Shown piece by piece: positions 1 to 11,759 of a stretch of 64,000 nucleotides of DNA. The notes below the pieces were generated by a model that was not told where the DNA came from, searched no databases, and was given only the letters and a program-made list of their open reading frames with translations. Every line of letters starts with the position of its first letter. Position 1 is the stretch's first letter. This DNA comes from Gonapodya sp. JEL0774. Lineage: Eukaryota. Where the stretch lies: contig JADIIX010000011.1 in assembly GCA_027604505.1 (NCBI GenBank), positions 124,001-188,000 of the forward strand, read 5' to 3'. Position numbers and translations under genes: made by a program.

Positions 1-2276
1 AGCACAACGTGGAATCGGCGAGGGTTAGTCCTCACAAACAAACGCAAGGGACATCGCGGATCGCTGGGACCTGTGCGCTAAAATACCGGTTCGATTGTCC
101 GTTCACCGTTAGCTGTTTACCACCTTTCTGCAAGAGCGTGTGAAACTCGAGAAATCATACGGAGAAGGACTAAACAACTTAGCACGCAATCTCATGAAGC
201 AAACTGACAGAGACGCTACCGCTCTCAAGGACGGGTGCGTACTGGATTTTAAAGAACCCTGTGTACAATGGCACTAAGAAGTGGGCTTCAAGGTCTTACA
301 ATGAAAACTGGAAGCATTTCCTCCAGCTTCATGAAACCATAGGAATCAAGCGCATTACCTTCTCGCGAGTGTTGCAGCAGAATCTCGATGAAATGAAGGC
401 GCTCTGCGATGGCGCAGAAATGAGTCGCAAGCAGCTCAAGAAATCAGCCAAAGATGCACAGGACGAGATGGGCAAGTCCGCTAAGGAATGTGAAAAGGTG
501 AGGCTTGCGATATCCCTAGAGACTGATAATCCGTTTGCTGACCAGTAGATTTTCACTCAAGCTACATCACAGTCTCACCGAATGGAGCCAGAAGTATGAG
601 CTTGCGCAAGTACAGGCAGATCAAGCCCAAAGAGAGTATGGTTTCAACGTTTCTGGTTCGTCTGCCTCTTCCGGCGCAGGGATGAAGGGGTTGGGCGGAT
701 TGTTCAGCAAGCAGCCACCACTTACCAGAGTAAGTACTCGACGTGCAACAACATCTCAACGCAGTTGTCAAAGCATCTCTACTCTTGTGGAAATTGCTTT
801 TATCAGGCTATAGACCTTGCAGGAGAAGCCGAGCGCAAAGCACAAAAGTTAAACATTGAGTTCAACCACCAACTGGGCCATTACCATAAGAAACGAGAAG
901 AGTTCGCCAACTATACCGCTCCGCGGATTGTTCGCGCTCTCAAAGAGGAAAATGACCAGCTGGATTCGAGACTCAAAGTGCAATTGGCAAAGTACGCACT
1001 TTCGTTTGAGGACGGAATTGTGGCCGATGCTACTTTAATTAGCCCGATGGAGGAAGGTTTGTGGACGTCTTCCTCACAATCGCAAAACAACGAACGCTCA
1101 CACTTGTGGTTGCAGGCACGAGTCTCCGTTGCATTATCGATGAAATCAACTTGGATGAGGATTTCCAGCGATATCTGTCTCGCACAGTGCGAGATATGAA
1201 GGCGTCTCAGCCATCTTACCTGAGCCTCAAGCGCGTAAGCCTTGGACCGTTCCCGTTCTCATTAGTCAAATTGAGCAACTTGACATTTTTGTGGTCGCCT
1301 GACAGAAATCTGAAATCTTCGGTGTCCCACTGGAAGATATTCTTCGTCGGGAGGGCGGACAAGTACCGGTCATCGTTCAAAAATGTGTCGAAGCAATAGA
1401 GCGTCGTGGTAAGTATCCAGCATCACTTCTATGTATTTACACATTGTTGATCGTTCCTGTCAATAGGGCTCACCGAAATCGGTGTATACAGACTCGCTTC
1501 CGCGCTTTCCCAAGTACACAAGCTCCGAAACCTTGCCGAGTCAGGTTTGTCTTCCGATTCTTGAAGCCATTCTTGACTATCTCTACAAATGATGTCTACC
1601 CACCAGACTTAGATAAAATGGACTTTGCCGCAGAGACCAGTGCTCCCGATGGCATCAGTGCAATAGCGTCTCTTCTGAAACTTTATTTCCGCGAACTCCC
1701 TGATGGGTTGTTTCCTAGATCCCTGTATGATACGTTTATACGGGCCGCGAGTAAGTGGGAAGTCATTGGGTCTTGCTGCACTCACTCCAATTTTTCCTAA
1801 CAAATGATTTTTCGTAGAAATCGAAGAGCCGAGTCTTCAGCAGAATCAAATACATCAAGCGGTGAATATGCTCCCTGACCAGAATTACCTGGTGCTCAGG
1901 TATCTCATCCAGCACCTTGAGCGGTGAGTTGACCTGCACGAGAATCGTTCCTGGGCCGAAGTGACCGGAAATCGGCAACCAATGCAGGGTACAAGCGATG
2001 TCGCATATCAACAAAATGACCGCATATCCTTTGTCTATTGTCTGGGGACCCAATCTTATCTCCAATACACCACCTGCGACAGCTGTGACAACGGGTTCAT
2101 CGAAACCTCAAGAACGTCGATTTGGGATTATGAGGGCCAATAGCGTGTCGGATTTGTCAGGGGCACAGCAAGTCGCCGCTGCGACGCACGCGGCAGCGGA
2201 GGGTATGAAATACGAGTGCAAAGTCATCGAAGTCATTCTTTCCAATGCATCCACAATGTTTGAGTGGAACGATTGA
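1..2276 (+). CDS. F-BAR + RhoGAP protein (Rgd1-like), 5' truncated by the window, multi-exon
   Basis: N-terminal helical F-BAR-like exons (FLQERVKLEKSYGEGL; LKEENDQLDSRLKVQLAKYA). RhoGAP motifs IFGVPLEDIL...VPVIVQKCVEAIE, GVYR, ASLLKLYFRELPDGLFP, NKMTAYPLSIVWGPNL. GT-AG introns; stop at 2276. Confidence 0.85.
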
Positions 2277-2440
2277 GCCACTTGTGAAATGGAATGGTTT
2301 CGATATGTTAGAATTGACGATTCTTAGAGCGATATGGTATTGAATAATACAGAGAAATAAATTAGGATCCATCTATTTGTGAAGAACCGTAGGGGCGCTG
2401 CACACACCTGCGGCGGAGCACTTGATCACAAACACACAGC

Positions 2441-3384
2441 ATGCCGGCCAACCTCGCCACCATTCGCAAGGAGTGTCCTGCGTTTGCGAACGGTGACTGT
2501 CACGACTTACCTCGTGGACTCTCTGGTCATTGCTTATTGTAATCATTTCCCTCTGATTTGTGATGTTTTTTCACAAAGGATGTCCGTACACGGCTAGTGG
2601 ATCTGCTGATATCGCAAAGCTCAAGGCTTGGTATGGAATCGTTGTGTCTGAGTCTCACAGTCACGGATTTCCAATTCATCGCCTCACCCAGCCCTGCGTT
2701 TGCGAATGGCTGCCCGTACTCGAAGGTCCAAGATCCTGCGGAACTGGAAAAGCTCCTCACTCAGATCCCTCAGATCCATCCCGGATTAATTGACATTGTT
2801 GACCTGCGTAAGCCTTGGAGCTCCACTTCCTTTGACTCAATACTAACGCACGCCGGCGTTGTATTAGACAGGGGACGATGCCCTGACCCCACGGGTTCCC
2901 ACATTCAAGAGCAGCTGTTGTCTCACTATGCTGGAATTAATCACCAGGATGTTGATGCTTTGGAGAAGAAATGCCCCGCGTTCGCTCATGGTTGTCCTTA
3001 CAACAAAGATGGGACGTGGAGTGGTGCGAAAGCAAAAATTGGAGAATGGTTGGTGCATTATAATGCGTTTCCTGTTTCACTTACTGGTTGTCCTCAACCG
3101 TATTTGTCACCTTCTCCTTGTGCTTCCAGCCCCGCCTTCAAGGAGAACAAATGCCCCTTTGCACACAAAACAACAGATGAAATCAAGGCTTTGATTGCAA
3201 CTATTCCGGAGACACACGCGCACTGTCCCGTAATGACTGAAGGTCAGTAATTTGTTAGAATCAAAATGACGTACTAGATTCTAAACAACTCCCTTCCTGC
3301 TCAGACTTCAACAAATGTGTCGATCCAGCTGGCCATGAGGTGACGGATGCGATGGTGGCGAAGTTTGGCACTGCGAAAGCCTAA
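2441..3384 (+). CDS. Small Cys-Pro repeat protein (~200 aa; CPAFxxxCP[YF] x4), function unknown
   Basis: Spliced model MPANLATIRKECPAFANGCPY...CPAFANGCPY...RCPDPTG...CPAFAHGCPY...CPAFKENKCPF...HCPV...CVDPAG...AKA*. Five GT-AG introns restore the repeats in frame. Confidence 0.8.
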
Positions 3385-3505
3385 ATGGTACAAGCTGCAA
3401 AAGCGTGTGATCAAAGGGCGCGTATCGTCAGTTTTTACCGGGAGAGTGTTGTTTTTCGAAACCAATAAAATCAAAGTCATTCACAAGGTACATGACAGAG
3501 GTTCG

Positions 3506-6119
3506 CTACCCTGAATATGGTGCGCGCCCGTGGGTTGTGAGCCGCTCTAAACCCGCTGACTTCTGCTCCTTCACTTGTTGAACCTCTTCTACTCTCCTCC
3601 TTCGCGCGGCTTCAGCGTAATTGTTGAAGAGATCGTCCACAGTTTCCTCCTGGGCTTCCGCAAAAGGGTTGGTTACATGAGTTGTGACGTTTTGTACTTG
3701 CCTGTCCACATTTCCGATATTCGAGGGTCTGTCGGCTACCACCGATAAAGGAGTTTGTGACACGTTATCAAACTGCAGTGAAATGTTATCAGGAAATTCG
3801 AATCCTTGACCAGGCTCTTCAGCAGCTTGCTCCCTTTCACCCTCGTCTGGTTGATACTCCCATGGCTGATCCGCGTACTCGCTATCACTGAGACCAAAAT
3901 CAGCTGGTTGAATGTATGAGTGACGGTATGGCTGTCCACCAGAAGCTGTGTGAGCCTGATCCCAGGGCCCACCAGAGACAACGGGTGAGACTGGGGAACG
4001 AGGTGCCTGATTTCGATCAATAACATGGGCTCGAACATTGTCAAACAGATCGGCAAGTACGGCAGTCACATTGTCCCCCTCCACTCGTGGGGGTAAAACA
4101 TCTGGGAACCCGTCCTCCAAATTACCACCAATGTTCTTGGCAGTTCGCTTCTCATCAGTGGAGGCTTTCTGTTCGCCAGGAGCCGTGGAGGAGGATCGTG
4201 ATGGCTGAGTCGCCGGAGAAGTCCGTCGTGGCACTGGATCTGCCTCTAATGCGCGACTAATCTCCAAAATCTTTTCCTTTTTGGCAAACGGTCGGGTCAG
4301 AATCCAATGGTTCCACTCAAAGTCTTTAATGGTGGGTTTACCCATTGCATTCAGCAATCCAGGTATCCGTGTAAGGAAAGCAGACATCGCGGACATCGGA
4401 GAAGCAGCCTCTCCAGAGCGTTCAGCACGGTCCGCCCAAGCTTCAGGACCCATGCCGCGAAGGTCGTCCAAAGCGGCATCCAAGATCGGAATGAATTGAG
4501 GCTTGCTTGCGAATTTCAACAGAGTCTGTGACCTGTATAGCATCCACGGATTCTCTCCATTATTCCGTAAAGGCTCACCACAAAGCCGCAAGATTACCGA
4601 GCGACTGTCGGGAGGTACCCCACATTCGCTTCCCCAAATCCGCAGCATCTCGTGCCGGTCTGTCCTCGCGCTACGATTACGAGTTTCAACGAGCCTCTGT
4701 ATTGCAGGTGAGAGCAACCCTTTCAAAATGGCGTGAAGGCTGTGCGCATCTCCTTGTTCACGCAACACCTCAGCGATGGCAATCCAGCCTTCAAGAGGAA
4801 CCAGTCGATCATGATTCACGAGAATAGATGTTTGGACAATGCTGGTGAGGAAATTTGTCAGGTGTATGATGGTAGTTAGAGCCTCGTGTGGATCTGATTC
4901 CCTTCCCGCCGGTTTGGCACTCTGAGCAGCTGAAGCGATTTTTGTACCGGACGATGTTGCTGTCAATGTGGCCCTGTCCCCGAATGCATATTTCAAAATA
5001 GCTGCGTTGGTGACGTGTCGGAAGTAAGAAGCAAAGAGGAGGGTGATGGCACGGGCAACAGCTTTGCGGTCCTCCGCGTCTCTGGGAATGGTTTTTTCCT
5101 TGCGAAAGTGTGAGCTTGCGCTTTAACTGCGAGACAGGGAACGAGAAGACTAGATCAGCGCTCACCTTATTGCGTTCGACATTGATTAGCTCTCCCATCA
5201 TTTTGCATTCCTCCCGCAGTCTTGAAATTTCGTCTTGGACTGTTTTCATGCGATGATACGCATTTGGACCTCCTTCTCTTTTCAGTTCTTTGCGCACGTT
5301 TTCCTTGTCTTGAAGATTCTTGTGCGCAAGGGTGTATTTCGCCAGAAGACTTGAGGATGGAATTCGAGGTATGGGCTCATCTGGAAGGGGCAGCCCAGCC
5401 TCTTTATCTGGGATTTCCAGCTGGTCGAGAAGAAATTCCCTGTCCGACTCTCTCGCCTGCTCAACATGCAATGTAACTTTTGGAGGGGATGAGCGAAAGT
5501 TCTGAGATGCATTAAGTTGCACTGGTGGGGTAATGATTGATGAAGGTCTAGTGTAAGGTGAAGTGGGTCGAGAATTGCCGAGCATGTGTGGTTGCGGGGA
5601 GGAAGGTCGGACGTTCGGCGTTGGAGTGGAGACTTGGGTGGGAGAAACGCGTCCATAAACAGATAGAGGTGCCTGTGGCGATCGAGATGTTTGGTTCCAT
5701 TCCTTTAGAAAGTAGTATTTCAGTACCTTCATATTTAAGTTCCCGTTGACAGGATTGGAAGACTGGCCTTCAACCACATTCCGGAGGTGCGACACGCATC
5801 GCGTACCAAACTTCAAGATCTTCTGGCGTTCCTCAGCAGGAGGCTCTTGGCTGAGAATCGAGAAAATGCTTTCCAGTGCAGTGAGGTAGGCGCGTTGAGC
5901 ACCAAGTGTATCGCCCTGAGATGTCAATGATTGACCCAGTCGGATAGAGTCCAGATAAGTACTTCTCTATTTGTGTTCAAGCGAATGAGCGTCGTATTCA
6001 ACCAGTTCAGCACAGAGGGAGCAGGAAGGTTGGTAGTGATCTCAGCATGAGTTGATAAGAAACCCGAGCTGAAAAGCTCTCAATGCATCGCCCGTACTAT
6101 TCCTCACTTGCGTCGTCAT
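3506..6119 (-). CDS. RasGEF (CDC25-like) domain protein with helical N-terminus and disordered C-terminus
   Basis: ORFs 4809..5927 and 3506..4996 joined by an intron. WIAIAEVLREQGDAHSLHAILKGLLSPAIQRL and QFIPILDAALDDL resemble RasGEF conserved regions. First exon MTTQ at 6119 is inferred. Confidence 0.6.
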
Positions 6120-6326
6120 CCTCTGATCCGAACGAATGGCACAGGTTGGGTCGGTTGCAATATTGCTATGGCCAGAACAGGTGGAGCCCGCCATTAAATC
6201 ATCACACACCGATGCGGATTTGTTTCAAACAGATGGAACATTATTATTTCACTCATCAAAAGTTCTACAAGGCGCAGATGTGCAACGCTCAATCATTAAT
6301 GCCTTCTCGCAATTGCGAAAACCGAA

Positions 6327-8782
6327 TCACTTCCTTTCCTTCCTTCCTGATTCGTCAGTTTTCCGCTTTTTTGCCTGCTTGTTCGCGTGTTCAGCAACCA
6401 TGTCGCTGAAATCCTCACCGGAGCCACCAACGCCACCACCCCTCTGTTCTGTCATTCGTTGCTCGTATCTCCTTCTCACTGTCTCCTCGTCGAGCCCTCC
6501 CTCGAGTTCCTCTGGGTTGAGCGCAAGCTCCACGGTTTCTCCAATCTGCGGCTGTCCCGGAGCCCGCCGCTTGGTACCGGTGCTGGGTTTCGGTGCGTTT
6601 CCAGGCATTGGCCCGCTTGTCGGCACAGCGGCGCCAGGGGCGCGCACGTTCGACACATCGTAAATTCGATCGGTCGCCATAAATCCTTCTACACGAGTTC
6701 CACGCTCCTGCAGCACTGTGTACAGCTGCCTTTCCTCCTCTTGCTGCGATACCGCCGCACCAGGCCTGCGCATATCCTTGCGCAGTTCGAGGAATTCAGG
6801 CGTCTCGAGACCGGACGGCACGCTTGAAGAAATGCCAGATGGGGTCTCGAAGCCTCCAAGAGGAGTTTCTGTACCGCCGCGGATCGTCGACGCAGTGCCA
6901 GACTCGGTGTTGGCTGCATCTTCGTCTTCTTCGTCGTCTTCTTCTTCGGAAGGAATCTCTTCCTCTTCAAGCTCGCCCCATATGGTTCGGTCAATCGGAG
7001 CGGTGTGCTGCAAAGCAGAGGAACGGTACATTTAAAAACATTTCGGATTTAATCACACACTCCATCTTGACTGATGCAAACCAAGATAGCTCCGGCTCGA
7101 CACTCACTTCGTTTGTCGCTTCAACAGCCATTCCAAACACGTCTCCGTATAATGGCCTTCCGAACTCGTCCACCGGCGGCTTTCCCCACCCTCCAGGATG
7201 AAAACCCCATTGTGCGCCATCCGGTATAGGCGCATTAAGGCCAGGGATACGCAGATTCGGGTACGATGGTGGTGGACCATACCGCTGCATGTTGATAAGC
7301 CAAGGGGGAGGCGCTAGTGGAGGCATGTTCAGAGCTTCACGGAGCTCGAGGGAAATGGAGCCAGGCTTCCGAGATTTAAAGTTGGTTTCAAATTCCTTGC
7401 CCTCGTAGTACCTGGGTGGAAAACGAGACACTTTTAATGTCACAGGTCTATTGAGAATCACATTTTGTTCCACAATACGACTCACAAATCCCCGTATCCA
7501 GACATCCTAGGTTTCGTCTGCCATTTGAAGAAGGCGTCGTGTAACTTTTGATAGTCAATGTCGAGTTTGCCCATCTTGGGCTGGTGCCGTTCACGGGTCT
7601 TGGACTTCAGCCTGGCCGCGTCCTCCTTCTCCTTGACGGCCGAGCGGAGCTCCTGGATACCAGTGGCCTTGATGAAGTCTGAGAAATTGAAATAACCGTA
7701 AAGCGCGGAGTTACGCTTACGATTATGGGTGGCTCGAACAGAAACCCAGTTAATAGACTCACCAGGTAGTTCAAAAGGCGGTTTCTCGATACCACGCTTC
7801 CCCTGCAGATACTTCCGCTTCTGCTGCCAGTGAACGGGGACGGGCACCGAGTTTCGGAGGGCCTTCAAATGGACAAGAAGTTTGGGATCCGCAGCAGTCA
7901 CATCGACCCACTTTGAAGTAAAGGAAAGACACGAATACTGTGAAATTCAAGACAGAAGAATCGAGCAAATTCTGCATGCAAAGATTTCGGGCTCTTGGTG
8001 AATCCACTGTAGGGCACTCTCCGGTACAAGGACCTGCCGTGAAAGTTGCCCAAACTTGGTCTATGCAGCTCTTAACGCAGACTTACATCAACCACTTCTG
8101 GTTTCTTCACGAGTTGCTTCAACTCCGCGACGCTGAGCCGGTTGAGCTTCCTCTCCTTCTTCTTGCTCAGCCCTTTCTCCGCGTCCGCTTCATCCCCATT
8201 CTTTCCTCCCAACCCCTCATCGTCACTGTCTTCGAGCAACGCTCTTCGCATCTTCGTTTCCTCATTTTCTTCCTCTTTGGGTTTCGTCTCCACCTCCTGA
8301 GTATCGTCGGTGACCGCAAAACGTTGGAAGATCGCGGAGAATTGGGACGATGTTTCAGCATCAAAATCATCGAGGGTTGGTGGTGCCGAAACGTATTCAA
8401 TCTCAACATCCGGCTGAAAGCGTGGAGATACGAATCACACCCCACCATGAAGGCGATACCAGAATGGTGCGAGAGAGAGAGAACCAGTGTCACGGAAATC
8501 GACGGCAGGTCAGAAAATATCTTCTACTCGTTGACACACGATTAGAACGACAAAAGCAGCGCTCACCACGTCTCCGTCGTCCCTTGTTTCTGATCCGGTC
8601 CGCTGCTGCGCAGTGTTTCTCTTCTTCTTGCGCCGTTTCGATTTTTTGGCCCGGTCCCTGGACGAAGCGTCCGTCACAGCAGACGAGGATTCCGCGGCAG
8701 TGGAGCCTGCCTCCGATTCAGTGTCGTCCACATGACCGTTGGGGAGTTTGTGAGCAGTTCCGTTCGTGACGACAGCGCTCAT
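6327..8782 (-). CDS. SF3B2: Splicing factor 3B subunit 2 (SF3b145/Cus1)
   Basis: LSVAELKQLVKKPEVV, RNSVPVPVHWQQKRKYL, IDYQKLHDAFF, PPPWLINMQRYGPPPSYPNLRIPGLN, GWGKPPVDE, GLETPEFLELRK. The extreme 3' end may have one more short exon. Confidence 0.95.
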
Positions 8783-9255
8783 TGGGGTTTAGCAGAGAAG
8801 CTAAGGCGATGTACTGAGGCAACAAAATGAGCAGATGTCGGGACTGACACACGGGACGCAAAAGCTTCGTGGGTTTGGAGGGGTGGTGGGTTGCCTGGGA
8901 AGATGTGGCAGACTGACTCCCACTTACAATCCCCAACAAACTAGAAAGCAGCCCAACCTTTCAATAATGTGTTTTATTGGATCAGGTAAAGAGCAATGCA
9001 TTCAATGTTTCGAATTTGAAATGCTTTTCAGTGGGACAAGATGGCATCAGTTGTACCCTCCTGTTCGTTTCCAAACCCGCCGAGCTTCTGAAAGCAGTCA
9101 CCAGTGTGCACAGAACTAGAACTGACTGGAGTTGCGTTGTGGGGAAGTTACGGTTTTTGCCGGGACCACAGTTTCAAATGGTACATAAATACGTGGACGT
9201 GGACGTGGACGTGGTCTATAACTCACTTTACTTGTCCCACAACTTTACGTTCACA

Positions 9256-11181
9256 ATGCGAAGTCGTCCTTTCGGTTCAATAACATCGACTTTGTCGTCC
9301 TCCCGGTCTCTGTCTTCACTTTCAAACCCAGTCCCCTATATCCCATCATGGACCTTGACATCGGGTGCTTCTAGACATTCTAAACGCGGTACAAGATCTC
9401 AAATCCCACTTTCCGGCCTGCACTCTACTTCTGCCGCTGATGCTTTTTCTGGCCGTCGGTCCTATGCCTCTGCTTCCTCATTGCCCCCTCAACCTCGCGG
9501 AAAACTCGCCAATTCAGCAGCTGCTTCCACCGCATCGGCGGCACAGCTCAAATTTTCAGACGAACCAACCTCGTCAACGGTGGTTTTGTCTCCCACTACA
9601 CGCGTGACAACCCTCTCCAACGGTTTTCGCATTGCGACGGAGGATAACCCAGGACACTTTGTCTCTGTTGGAGTCTACATCGATGCTGGGACAAGGTACG
9701 AGACAGATGAGACTGCAGGCTGCAGTCATATTATGGACAGGATGGCGTTTAAGGTGAGATAATCCCATCGTAGTTGCCTTTCCCCAACTTCTGGCTCAGA
9801 ATGATCACAGTCTACCGAGGACTACACATCCACGGCCCTCGTCCAAGAGCTCGAGTCACTGGGTGGAAACGTCATCGCTCATTCTTCTCGCGAGTCCATC
9901 ATCTACCAGTCCTCCCTCTTCCCCAAAGATGTGCCCCTCCTCGTCCGAATATTCTCCCAAGTTCTTCGTCACCCACGTTTCTTACCAGCCGAACTCGACG
10001 AGGTCCGCGAATCTACTATGTGGGAGATTCAGGAGCTCAGTCAAAAGCCGGAGATGATGCTCCCGGAGTTCGTCCATCAGGTAGCTTTCCAGGACCGAGA
10101 TGGATCAGGACCCCGTACCCTCGGTCGCCCACTCCTGTGCCCTCCTGAAACCCTCGAAACAATCTCCCCAGAAACTATAAATGCATTCCGCTCCACTTGG
10201 TACACACCCAATCGCATGGTCCTCGCTGCCGTTGGATATCCCCATGACGAGTTGGTCCGCCTTGCTGAGGAGCACTTCGGCTCCATGACCGCCCCTCAGG
10301 CCGATGTTCTCACTCTCCAACAGCGCTTGTCTCTCCCCACTCAATATTCCGGCGGTGTCGCCTTCCTCAACACTATGGGTCACCCACCGCCAGCCAATCC
10401 CGACATTCAACCACTTACTCATGTCCACCTGGCCTTTGAGGCTGTCCATGCCACCAGCCCTGACATTTATCCACTCGCAACACTGAATACTCTTATGGGG
10501 GGTGGCGGTTCTTTCTCTGCAGGCGGACCAGGCAAAGGCATGTACTCGCGACTCTACACCCAGGTTCTCAATCGCCACCACTGGGTCGAATCCTGCCAGT
10601 GCTTCAACTTTCCTTACTCCGATTCGGGCCTCTTTGGAATTTCTGCATCTGTTCGACCAGATTCTGCGGGTCACAGCCGGGTCCTCCCTGTGCTCGCAGA
10701 ACAACTGGCCTCTGTCGCCGATCGAATTGACAAGTCGTCCCTAGAGCGTGCAAAGAATCAACTTAGATCGAACTTGCTTATGTCTCTCGAGTCTCGCTCG
10801 GTGGAACTTGAGGACTTGGGCCGGCAGGTGCTCACCCAAAACACCCGGACCCCCGTCACAGTAATGTGCGATTTGATCGGTGCAGTGGAAGAAGAAGACG
10901 TGAAGCGCGTTGCGCGCATGTGCGTGCACGGGGTGGACTCTGAGGCTACGGGAACCAAGCCGACCAGATTGTCCGAGGCTAACACTTTTGGCAGCCTGTC
11001 GATTGGTAAACGTATGCCACGGACGGGAGATGGAGAACCAACTCTGGTAGTGCAGGGGCCGATGTCGGATGGGGATCCTTTGTATGACTACGAAGAGGTT
11101 TTTAAGAGGTTTAGGATTGGGAAGAAGAATGCAGCCGGACTCGGCGGCAAGGTGAGGGACATTCAATTTTTCAAAATTTGA
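9256..11181 (+). CDS. MAS2: Mitochondrial processing peptidase alpha subunit (M16 family)
   Basis: TTLSNGFRIATE, GVYIDAGTRYE, HIMDRMAFKST, glycine loop GGGGSFSAGGPGKGMYSRLY; Arg/Ser-rich presequence; one intron. Confidence 0.95.
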
Positions 11182-11759
11182 GAGTTCCTGGTGAATGTTT
11201 GATGCATATTTTGATTGCAGATTCCCAGCCTCTTTAATATGTTGCGAAAAGAGCGATGAACCTCACTGCCGATGAATGAGGACTCCAAAAGTGAATCAAA
11301 AGTGAACTCGCTTGCAAAGTAGATACTGCACCTCGACAAGCAGACAACTTGATTTTGCTTGTAACAAACTTGAATGAAGACGTTAGGCGGACCTTCCGAG
11401 CACTTCGGAAGTATAGTTTTGCATAAGACAATCATGGTGGGCATTAGCACTTCGGTTGCGCACGCAGGAATAGTAACTGAAAAGGCTTTTGATTCGGGAA
11501 GTTATCCGGCTATCCCACTTTGGGGACACAGTGCACCAACTTCTGGTGTGAAAACTGCTACAATAATGATTAACGGCAAGTTACTGCAAGGGAATTCGGA
11601 GACAACCAACAGCTAGTGCTATTCGATTCCGACCTGTCCATATGAATTTGCACTTTTTGTTGGGCAATTCCCCACTGAAAATTAGGTAGTTCTATTACTA
11701 TGCGTAGTTGAATTTCAGTTTTTGCAAAACAGAAAGAAAGAAGAAAAGAATAATCGTCG

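Noticed and set aside
9192..9213. Short (GTGGAC)n tandem upstream of MAS2
   Set aside because: About three copies only; ordinary microsatellite with no spacers, not CRISPR-like.
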